From assembly GCA_038534415.1 (NCBI GenBank), contig JBCAWW010000001.1, forward strand, positions 1 to 29,168: a stretch of DNA of 29,168 bases, read 5' to 3'. This DNA comes from Bacteroidota bacterium. Lineage in GTDB: Bacteria > Bacteroidota > Bacteroidia > J057. Position 1 is the first letter of the stretch, and every line of letters begins with the position of its first letter. This document shows, piece by piece, positions 1 to 7,513 of the stretch. A model generated the notes under the pieces. It had not been told where the DNA came from. It worked only from the letters and a program-made list of their open reading frames with translations, and ran no database searches. The position numbers and the translations under genes were made by a program.

Positions 1-1
1 G

Positions 2-1426
2 GATGAGGTCTTTGCTGTCTTCTTTTAAAAAGCTTTTGACGGGAAGATCTCCGGGGTATTAGTCGCTACTTCAAAAGGTGTTTTTTCCAATCATGGCCGA
101 GCGGATAGCAGTTTTGCGCTTATTACGGGAGGTATATCAGCCAATTGCTTTGCCTTTGATGATAACAATCGCCTATGGGTAGGGGCCAAAGATGGCTTAT
201 ATGCCATTGATCTTAATCAAAAAGGCCCCAAAATCATTAGGCGGGAAGCACAGGGTGTCAATATTGGTTGCATCGCTTTCGATCCTTATCAAAAACGGTT
301 GTTTGTTGGGACTGAAAAAGGCTTGTTTTTTGTTTATCCCGACGAAGTGCTTGCTCGTGAAAAACAGCTGCCAATAGTAGTGGTGACAGAATTGCAAACG
401 GAAGATTCGACTTATTACTTTCCCAAGAATGTGGTGATTTCTTCTGAAAAAAATTACCTAAACTTTCACTTCAGTAGCCTCAGTAACCTAGCTTTTCGAA
501 ATCCCAATTCATTAGAGATTGCCTATCGCCTCAACGGTCGCCCCTGGCAAGATATCCGAAGCCAAGAAATCCAATTAGCCGCCCTAGCAGATGGGGATTA
601 TACCCTAGAGCTCAAAGCAAGTAATGATGGACTAGAGTGGTCAGAGGTTGAGATGGTTTACTTTCGGGTTTCACCTCCTTTCTGGAAAAGTCCCTGGTTT
701 TATGCTTTGGTGAGTATGATCGCGGTATTGCTGATCAGTTTTTTGGCTTGGCGTAGAGTGCGTAATGTCAAGAAGAGAGAAAGAGAAAAACGCTATCTAC
801 AAAAGAAATTGACCGAGCTTGAGCAACAAGCCCTTGGCGCCATGATGAATCCCCACTTCATCTTCAATACCCTAAATTCGATTCAGCATTTTTTCAATCA
901 AAATGATGCCGCTGATGCCAACGAATATCTAGCCCGCTTTGCGCAGTTGATTCGGCTCAATATGGAGGTGGTACAAAAGCCGCAAACCCCGCTTGACGAG
1001 GAGCTAGATCGTCTACAGATTTATCTCGATTTGGAGCAATTGCGCTTTGGCGACAAGATGTCTCATAAGCTAGAAATAGCGGAGGAGATCGATACCGAAG
1101 AAATCATGATTCCGGCCATGTTGATGCAGCCATTTGTTGAAAATGCCATCTGGCATGGCATCGCTCGAAACAAGTCCGAGGGTTGGGTTCATGTCCAACT
1201 CAAAATGCTAGACGAGGAGACTTTACGGATTCGTATTGATGACAATGGACCCGGTGTGTTTTCCTCCCAAACGACCAAGAAATCGGCCCATACGTCGCGT
1301 GGGATGGAAATTACGCGTTCTAGACTGCATCATTACTCCCCTAAAGCGAGTCTGATATTTAGTGAGCGAAAAGATGAGCTTGGAGAGGTGCTTGGGACCC
1401 AAGTGGAGATACGATTACCCGTATAG
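2..1426 (+). CDS. Sensor histidine kinase, LytS/YehU (His_kinase PF06580) family, with two-component regulator propeller, Y_Y_Y domain and TM helix; 5'-partial, in-frame TAA at 26-28
   Basis: Frame 2 is open from 29 to 1426. It encodes propeller blades (VLVATSKGVF, RLWVGAKDGLY, RLFVGTEKGLF), a Y_Y_Y segment (YRLNG..LADGDYTLELKASND), a TM helix (WFYALVSMIAVLLISFLAW), the H-box MNPHFIFNTLNSI, and the ATPase motifs ENAIWHG and DDNGPG. The ORF-track start at 299 lies inside the propeller. Confidence 0.88.
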
Positions 1427-1510
1427 TCTCTAATTCAGGTTCATTCAGACAGCTATTTCTGCCATTCAGCGCAAAAGCCTAGATTTCAGCCCTTAGCTTC
1501 CGTATTCTTG

Positions 1511-1546
1511 TAGTGTAATTAATTGATACCCCTTACAATTACACTA
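1511..1546. promoter_or_regulatory. 10-bp inverted repeat with 16-nt spacer (candidate operator or 5' UTR hairpin)
   Basis: TAGTGTAATT (1511-1520) and AATTACACTA (1537-1546) are exact reverse complements, ending about 30 nt before the next start codon. Confidence 0.4.
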
Positions 1547-1575
1547 GTTTCTAACCGTTCTTTTTGATGCCACAA

Positions 1576-1953
1576 ATGAAGCAGTTGATAGGTCTTATCC
1601 TTTGGTTTTTTCTTTGTTCTCCTGTCTATACCATTTCCACTCCATTTACTGCTGATATAGTAGAAAAACAACCCGTTTGTATCTCCTATATTCCTTCCGC
1701 CATTTCACCTAATGGCGACGGTGTAAACGATTATTTTCAACTTCAATATAAATGTAAACCTGAGCAGTTTTCGATGCGCATATATGATAGCGCCTCAAAA
1801 CTGATCTTGGAAAGCGACCGCGTTGACCAACGTTGGGACGGCTCCTATGAAGGCGAGATTGCTCCCGAAGGGGCTTACGTCTGGATTATTAGCTATCAGA
1901 CCCCTAACGGACGAAAGATGAGTCAACGTGGCAAAGTGATGCTTATCCTATAA
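1576..1953 (+). CDS. Small secreted protein consisting of a gliding motility-associated / T9SS type-B C-terminal domain (CHU_C-like)
   Basis: Signal-like N-terminus MKQLIGLILWFFLCSPVYT, then IPSAISPNGDGVNDYF..IYD..WDG..APEGAYVW..GKVMLIL, the type-B CTD pattern. ATG 1576 is preferred; ATG 1567 and TTG 1564 are alternatives. Confidence 0.8.
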   Translation: MKQLIGLILWFFLCSPVYTISTPFTADIVEKQPVCISYIPSAISPNGDGVNDYFQLQYKCKPEQFSMRIYDSASKLILESDRVDQRWDGSYEGEIAPEGAYVWIISYQTPNGRKMSQRGKVMLIL

Positions 1954-1989
1954 AAGGTCCAACTTTTCTCTATCCTCCCTTCTATTGTA

Positions 1990-2025
1990 CTCCCGGCCTC
2001 CCACCTTTGGCCGGGAGCTTTTTTT
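1990..2025 (+). terminator. Intrinsic terminator
   Basis: Stem CTCCCGGCC/GGCCGGGAG with a 10-nt loop, followed by C and T7, 36 nt after the stop at 1953. Confidence 0.8.
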
Positions 2026-2031
2026 GGGCTA

Positions 2032-2332
2032 CTGCTTCGCAGAACGCCTCCCTCTGCCTCCTCGGTAGGTTTCTCGTCGTCTCGATGCTCGGGACATTTG
2101 TCGAAATGTATACAATCTTCCCGCTTTTCCCCTTCGAAGGGGAAACCAAGCGGAATGGGGATGTTGCAATTTTCCTGCTTCGCAGAACGCCTCCCTCTGC
2201 CTCCTCGGTAGGTTTCTCGTCGTCTCGATGCTCGGGACTTTGTCGAAATGTCTACAATCTTCCCGCTTTTCCCCTTCGAAGGGGAAACCAAGCGGAATGG
2301 GGATGTTTCAATTTTACTGCTGCGCAGAACGC
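2032..2332. repeat. Tandem repeat of a 143/142-bp palindrome-rich (REP/BIME-like) unit; two copies plus a 16-nt partial third
   Basis: Units start CTGCTTCGCAGAACGC at 2032 and 2175, and CTGCTGCGCAGAACGC at 2317. Each full unit contains the perfect 18-bp palindrome TTCCCCTTCGAAGGGGAA. The copies differ by a 1-nt indel and a few substitutions. Confidence 0.92.
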
Positions 2333-2383
2333 TGCTAATCGTTCCGCGAAGCGGTAATCCTCCCCCAAAACGATCAAATACCC

Positions 2384-2427
2384 AAAACGCCCAATATCCA
2401 CTTCATGATTGGACATTGGGCGTTTTT
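2384..2427 (-). terminator. Probable terminator hairpin downstream of the ABC1/UbiB gene
   Basis: AAAACGCCCAAT (2384-2395) pairs with ATTGGGCGTTTT (2415-2426), with an inner TCCA/TGGA pair. It lies 16 nt past the minus-strand stop. Confidence 0.6.
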
Positions 2428-2443
2428 AATTTTGTCTCCCTCC

Positions 2444-3763
2444 TTAGTCAAAGGCAGGCATATAGCGCTTGGTTTCAACTTTGGCTTTGAGCTTGTTGAG
2501 GATCGAAAATAGCCCAAAATAGGCTCTATTCATATACAGGCCGTCTTTGTCACCACGAGGGGCAGAGTTCCGCATGGCGGGATTACGACCCATACGATCA
2601 CCAAAAGCATAGATGGCATCAAAAAAGACATCGTCTCCAAAATCAAAGTGGTCTGCATGAAAGGGCTTGGTAACCATTTGGAGTGCTTCCTTGAAGATTT
2701 CGCTATAGGTGGCGATCTCTTTAGGGGTATCGGTATCTAAGATGATCTGAGCGGCTCTGGCCCCTTCGAGAAAGGCTGCGTCGTTTTCGAGCACCTTAGG
2801 ATTGAGCAGTTTGAAATAGCTCTGATAAAAGCTATCGGATATTTCTTTTACGCATCCAAAATCCAAGATTCCTACGGAACCGTCCTGTCTAAACAGAAAA
2901 TTGCCAGGATGTGCATCTGCGTGCATGATGCGCAGCTCGTGCACTTGAAAGTTGTAAAAGTCCCAAAGCGCCTGTCCGATGGAGTCGCGAATCTCCTGTG
3001 AAGGATTACCCTCCAAAAACTCATCCATATGCTCGCCCTCCATCCAATCCATCGAAATGATGCGATCACAGGAAAGCTCCGGATAGTAAGTGGAAAATAC
3101 CAGATTAGGGATATGGGCCGCTTTTTCGGAGATAAATTGCGAGCGTTCTAGCTCTAATTCATAATCGGTTTCTTCGACCAGTCGAGCTTTGACCTCTTCG
3201 AAATAGATTTCGATCTCCGAGTCTTTCCAACCAAACATCCTCCTTGCGATGGGGCGTACGATCTTAAGGTCAGACAATACGCTATCGCCTACGCCTGGAT
3301 ATTGGATTTTGATCGCGAGTGTCTTATCGCCTTTGAAGGCTCTGTGCACTTGTCCGATGGAAGCAGCATGAGCCGCTTGGATCTCAAATTTGTCGTATAG
3401 CTCACTAGGGGCCTTGCCAAAGTATTTGCGAAAGGTCTTGACGATCAGCGGGCCAGAGAGTGGGGGGGCTTTGTGCTGCGCTTGCGAAAATTGATTGGCG
3501 AAGGCCGGTGGTAAAGCACCTTTGTCCATACTGAGCATCTGGGCAACTTTGAGGGCGCTCCCCTTCATGGTACTCAGGCTCTCGTATATATCTTCCGCAT
3601 TTTTTTGATCAAGTGCATCTTTGTCAGCTTCTCCATTGACGAGCTTTTTGGCGTAATGCTTGGCATAGTTGCCACCAACCTTAAAGCCCGTTTTGACAAA
3701 GCGGCCAGCACGAGAGATTTTGGAAGTAGGGATTTTATCTTGCGTATTTTTCTGTTCGGACAT
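2444..3763 (-). CDS. AarF/ABC1/UbiB family atypical protein kinase-like protein
   Basis: Motifs KGSALKVAQMLS, AASIGQVH, AIKIQYPGV, EETDYELE, HADAHPGNF and LDFG. Confidence 0.93.
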   Translation of the reverse strand: MSEQKNTQDKIPTSKISRAGRFVKTGFKVGGNYAKHYAKKLVNGEADKDALDQKNAEDIYESLSTMKGSALKVAQMLSMDKGALPPAFANQFSQAQHKAPPLSGPLIVKTFRKYFGKAPSELYDKFEIQAAHAASIGQVHRAFKGDKTLAIKIQYPGVGDSVLSDLKIVRPIARRMFGWKDSEIEIYFEEVKARLVEETDYELELERSQFISEKAAHIPNLVFSTYYPELSCDRIISMDWMEGEHMDEFLEGNPSQEIRDSIGQALWDFYNFQVHELRIMHADAHPGNFLFRQDGSVGILDFGCVKEISDSFYQSYFKLLNPKVLENDAAFLEGARAAQIILDTDTPKEIATYSEIFKEALQMVTKPFHADHFDFGDDVFFDAIYAFGDRMGRNPAMRNSAPRGDKDGLYMNRAYFGLFSILNKLKAKVETKRYMPAFD

Positions 3764-3818
3764 ATATATCTTTCGTTATCCGTTTGAATAACGATTCCAA
3801 GGCCCGAAAGTTCATTAA

Positions 3819-3938
3819 AATATTAAGTAGGTAGTAAGTAGAAAATACACAGTATTAAGTAGCTAGAAACATGCCTGTAAGAAGCTCACAAGGCTGATTC
3901 GCCTCAGTCTTTATACCCAATACCCTGGTCTGAGTACT
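3819..3938. repeat. Two convergent arrays of degenerate heptamers (RGTANNN / AGACNNN)
   Basis: Plus strand 3819-3870: AATATTA AGTAGGT AGTA AGTAGAA AATACAC AGTATTA AGTAGCT AGAAAC. Minus strand 3938-3904: AGTACTC AGACCAG GGTATTG GGTATAA AGACTGA. Confidence 0.6.
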
Positions 3939-5245
3939 TAACCCGGAATTATATCGCGATCAAGGCGAATATCGATGCTCTCGCCTTCTGATTTGGCCAT
4001 CACCATCGTGAGGGTCAGGTCGCCAAAGATATTGACTACTGTCCGACACATATCAAGGATACGATCGAGTCCAAAAATCAAGGCGATGCCCTCTTCGGGT
4101 ATGCCCAAGGTACCCAGTACCAAAGCCAAGGTTACCATGCCTGCGCCCGGTACCCCCGCTGCTCCTACAGAGGCCAAAGTAGCGGTCAAGATGATCGTCA
4201 ACTGGGCCAGCATATCGAGCTGGATGTCAAATACCTGCGCAATGAAGAGTGCTGCTACGGCTTGATAGAGGGCGGTACCGTCCATATTGATCGTTGCGCC
4301 CAGCGGCAAAACAAAACTACTTACTTGCTTAGATACGCCCAGATTGGTCTGAGCGAGATTCATACTGATCGGCAGGGTGGCACTTGAAGAACTCGTACTA
4401 AAGGCCATCACTACCGCTTCCTTGATCGCTTGAAAAAAGAGGAGCGGACTCTGCTTGGTATAAAAATAAATAAAACTGCTATGGGTAATCGCGACGTGCA
4501 AGATCAAGCCAATCAGAACTGCTACCCCATAAATCACCAAGGGCCCCAATATATCTAGCCCCAGCTTGGCCACTACCCCTATCATCAAAGCAAAAACTCC
4601 ATAAGGCGCCGTTTCCATGGCGAGCGTAACCATTTTGATCACGGCATCATTGAGGCCGTCAAAGGCGCGGATCAGCGAAGCCGCCTTGCCCGGATCGATC
4701 ATGGTGATACAGATCCCCAAAAAGAGTGAGAAAAAGATCACGCCTAGCATTTGCCCTTCGGCCATGGCCTTGAGCGGATTGGTGGGGACAAAATCTATGA
4801 GGAGGTCAAATAACTTCTCCGCGGTGCTTTTCTCAGCAAACTCCTTTTTGAAGTTTTCCGCATCATCATTTTGCGTCTTTTTACTGGCATCATCGCCATA
4901 CTCGGCCATGAGGACGGTTTTCTTGTCCTCGGGTAAACCTTCGCCCGGTGCGAGGATGTTGCCTACCCCAAGACCTATCGTTACCGCGACCGCGGTGGTA
5001 AACATAAAAAAGCCAAATGCCTTGGCGCCCATCTTACCCACCTTGCGGATATCTCCCAAGCTTGCTGCCCCCAATATTAAGGAAACTACTACCAGTGGCA
5101 CCACTACCATCTTGACCAGATTGATAAAAATCTTGCCAATCCAATCGGTGTAAATGGTAAAATCGCCTAGATCTGCAATATTGTAAATGTAACCGACTAC
5201 GATACCGGCCACCATGCCGATCAAAATTTTAGTGTAGAGCTTCAT
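3938..5245 (-). CDS. Dicarboxylate/amino acid:cation symporter (DAACS, GltP/GltT-like)
   Basis: Multiple TM segments, serine-rich AFSTSSSSATLP, GATINMDGTALY, and GLDRILDMCRTVVN. Confidence 0.95.
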   Translation of the reverse strand: MKLYTKILIGMVAGIVVGYIYNIADLGDFTIYTDWIGKIFINLVKMVVVPLVVVSLILGAASLGDIRKVGKMGAKAFGFFMFTTAVAVTIGLGVGNILAPGEGLPEDKKTVLMAEYGDDASKKTQNDDAENFKKEFAEKSTAEKLFDLLIDFVPTNPLKAMAEGQMLGVIFFSLFLGICITMIDPGKAASLIRAFDGLNDAVIKMVTLAMETAPYGVFALMIGVVAKLGLDILGPLVIYGVAVLIGLILHVAITHSSFIYFYTKQSPLLFFQAIKEAVVMAFSTSSSSATLPISMNLAQTNLGVSKQVSSFVLPLGATINMDGTALYQAVAALFIAQVFDIQLDMLAQLTIILTATLASVGAAGVPGAGMVTLALVLGTLGIPEEGIALIFGLDRILDMCRTVVNIFGDLTLTMVMAKSEGESIDIRLDRDIIPG

Positions 5246-5423
5246 AAGGGGTTCTGTTGATAAAATTCCCAGCCTTGGGCACCTAAGAGACTGATCAAGA
5301 TAGGGGATATTACGCTAATTTCCGAAAGGGGGAAATTACCCTTGCTCGTTAGACTCGCATTGATTTATCTTTAGTTTCAACTTTTATCGATCATTTCTGA
5401 TCCTTAGCCAAAGACCCCCTCTT

Positions 5424-7094
5424 ATGTTGTATCAAGAATCCATCGCTTCTCTTGTTCAGGCCAATGTGGCCGAACGTGTCCTGTATCGCAAATCTTCGGT
5501 CAAGCATTCTATCCGTTCCCTGCAGGTTTTACTCTTTAAACTCGGCTTTGGCAAAGAGCTGGGTTGGGATAAGTATAGAGCTGATGGGGACTATGGAGGG
5601 GGTACGACCAAAGCAGTAGTGGCTTTTTTGCAAAAAAATGCTCTGCAAGGCAATGGAGAGCTAGTCGATACTGCAACGGCTAAGCTCATGCTCGATCGCT
5701 ACCAGTTGTTGACGCATATGGTCCGACTCTGGGAAGCCCTCAAAGCCAATCAAATGGCCCCCTATGCGGTGGCAACGGCTGAAGAAAATGCCATTCGAGG
5801 CATGCAAGCCATCCTCAATGCCTTGGGTTATGGAGAGCAGATGAACTTTGCTACCGTAGGTGCCCATGGTACGATGGATCAAGGTACGGCAGCGGCCCTA
5901 CATGCCTTTGTCAAAGCCGAAGGCCGGACGCTCGAAGGCAACGATCTAGACGCCACTACTGGGCGTCTGTTGTTGGAAAAAGTCTCTGCCTTTTATGGTA
6001 ACGCTTGGCCCAAGGCGCAAAATCGCACCCAAGCCAACCAGCGTCGCCAATCTGCTTTAGAGGTTTCGCAAAGTGGCAATCGTATTGAAGCCAAAAACGA
6101 TTATCTCCGTGGGCGCTTTACCAAATACAAGCGCGGTCTCTATACCGCGGGCAACGAAAAAGCGAGTACGACCATTCAGATGTTCAACTCTGCTTTGAAA
6201 AGTAATGGCATGACCGAGTCTGCCATTCGGGTAATGATGCCTGTTTCTAAAAATGAAGGTAATCTCGATGCCGTCAATACTTGGGACGATAGCTATATCT
6301 CGCTGGGGATGTTTCAGTGGACCTTGGGTAGAGGAGGCGGGAAAGGAGAATTAGCGGCCTTGCTTAAACGCCTCAAAGACAATGATCCCTCCGCTTTTCA
6401 AAACTACTTTGGCCGTTATGGCCTCGATGTCGCGCCCGACACCAATGAGGTCAATGGGTATATGAGTTTCAACGGTACAGTTTTGCGTTCGACCTCGTCA
6501 AAAGAACAGTTTAGAAGCATCGATTGGGCTTTTCGTTTTTGGGAGGCAGCCCTAGACCCTCGGGTGCAGATCGTGGAGATTTTGCATGGGCTTTCGCGGA
6601 TTTATTCCTTCTATCATCATTCGAGTTATACGCCCCTCAATAAGTTTTATATCGACCAATTGGTTACCTCTGAGTACGGCGTCGCCCTCCTACTCGATCA
6701 TCACGTCAATCGTCCCGGCCACTTGATGAAATATGCCATCGGCAAAAAGGACATCATCGGCCAGGCCATGAAAGACGCCAAGCTCGAAAACTCCAATCCG
6801 GCTCAATGGACCATGAAAGAGGAGATGGAGCTAATCAATGCTTATATCCCGCTACGTTTGGCTTCCTCGGTCACCCATGCCGATAAGCGCACAGAAGTGG
6901 TGCAAAATGCTTTTCAAAGAGGAGAGCTTTCGGCTGAGAGAGGTTCGTTTATGCTCTCTCCGAGAACGCGTAGTCTAGGCGCAAGTGCTGTAGCGTTCCC
7001 GCAGGGACTCAAAGAAGAGGACTACCCACACGTATCGCCAGACGAATATGAGGCTAGAGAGGAAGTACCCTTGGAAGTAGCAGAAAACATCTAA
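5424..7094 (+). CDS. Peptidoglycan-binding-domain protein with a putative lysozyme-superfamily catalytic domain
   Basis: Two PG_binding_1-like repeats (LQVLLFKLGF..ADGDYGGGTTKAVVAF..G..VD..T; MQAILNALGY..GTMDQGTAAAL..F). The C-terminal NEGNLDAVNTWDDSYISLGMFQWT has Glu then GxxQ as in lysozyme-fold enzymes. No signal peptide is evident. Confidence 0.72.
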   Translation: MLYQESIASLVQANVAERVLYRKSSVKHSIRSLQVLLFKLGFGKELGWDKYRADGDYGGGTTKAVVAFLQKNALQGNGELVDTATAKLMLDRYQLLTHMVRLWEALKANQMAPYAVATAEENAIRGMQAILNALGYGEQMNFATVGAHGTMDQGTAAALHAFVKAEGRTLEGNDLDATTGRLLLEKVSAFYGNAWPKAQNRTQANQRRQSALEVSQSGNRIEAKNDYLRGRFTKYKRGLYTAGNEKASTTIQMFNSALKSNGMTESAIRVMMPVSKNEGNLDAVNTWDDSYISLGMFQWTLGRGGGKGELAALLKRLKDNDPSAFQNYFGRYGLDVAPDTNEVNGYMSFNGTVLRSTSSKEQFRSIDWAFRFWEAALDPRVQIVEILHGLSRIYSFYHHSSYTPLNKFYIDQLVTSEYGVALLLDHHVNRPGHLMKYAIGKKDIIGQAMKDAKLENSNPAQWTMKEEMELINAYIPLRLASSVTHADKRTEVVQNAFQRGELSAERGSFMLSPRTRSLGASAVAFPQGLKEEDYPHVSPDEYEAREEVPLEVAENI

Positions 7095-7142
7095 GACTCA
7101 CTCTTGAAGTGCGTTTAGGCCCAAGGCTTTAAACTTAAGCAG

Positions 7143-7271
7143 CCGTCATTCCGGAATATTTTCGGCAGCATGGAAAAAAAATATCCAGAATCTTATTGTC
7201 TCATTTAGATCACGACTCAAGATTCCGGATAAATTTCGTCCCTAAGCTCCCGATATTTTCCAGAATGACGG
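7143..7271. repeat. REP-like nested inverted-repeat element (GTCATTCC...GGAATGAC class)
   Basis: Outer arms CCGTCATTCCGGAA (7143-7156) / TTCCAGAATGACGG (7258-7271). Inner arms TATCCAGAATCTT (7182-7194) / AAGATTCCGGATA (7219-7231). Each pair has one mismatch. Confidence 0.8.
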
Positions 7272-7414
7272 ATTTGTTTGTTATCCTACATTTTGATGCA
7301 TTTAAGCCCAAGCTTTGCTGCTTTGACATTTATTTTTGGTCGGGCTTATGCGAGCCGCTGCGCGGAACGCTTTGCTTGCAAGCCAAATCTATCGATCTCT
7401 TTTTATTTTATAAG

Positions 7415-7446
7415 CTCGTTACCCTCTCAAACGGTCTCGTTACCCT
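7415..7446 (+). promoter_or_regulatory. 11-bp exact direct repeat with 21-bp period (candidate regulator site)
   Basis: CTCGTTACCCT at 7415-7425 and 7436-7446. A TAnnTTTG-like TAATGTTG follows at 7456-7463, upstream of the start at 7514. Confidence 0.45.
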
Positions 7447-7513
7447 GAGTCTATATAATGTTGGCGCTTAAGATTTCTAATTGGGGCATATAACACATCT
7501 AAAGCCCTGAAAA

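Noticed and set aside
26-28. Stop-codon recoding or programmed frameshift at TTTTAAAAAG
   Set aside because: TAA terminates several ordinary genes in this window, and the propeller-like sequence on both sides of the stop is in the same frame, so no frameshift is needed.
2032-2332. Possible CRISPR array (palindromic repeats at regular spacing)
   Set aside because: The sequence between palindromes is itself duplicated rather than unique, the 143-bp period is too long, and there are no cas genes.
1923-2490. ORFs 1923..2291(-), 2007..2357(+) and 2248..2490(+)
   Set aside because: They are translations of the tandem repeat and terminators; the peptides are repetitive with no recognisable domain.
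3975-5153. Plus-strand ORFs 3975..4265 and 4617..5153
   Set aside because: They are antisense shadows of the DAACS symporter.
5316-5338. TAATTTCC-N7-GGAAATTA inverted repeat in the divergent symporter/lysin intergenic region
   Set aside because: It is only 8 bp in AT-rich DNA with no second copy seen, which is too weak to call.
7196-7471. 91-aa ORF between the lysin and the acyltransferase (possible holin or immunity gene)
   Set aside because: It starts with TTG inside the REP-like element, runs through the putative promoter repeats, and has no convincing TM or family signature.
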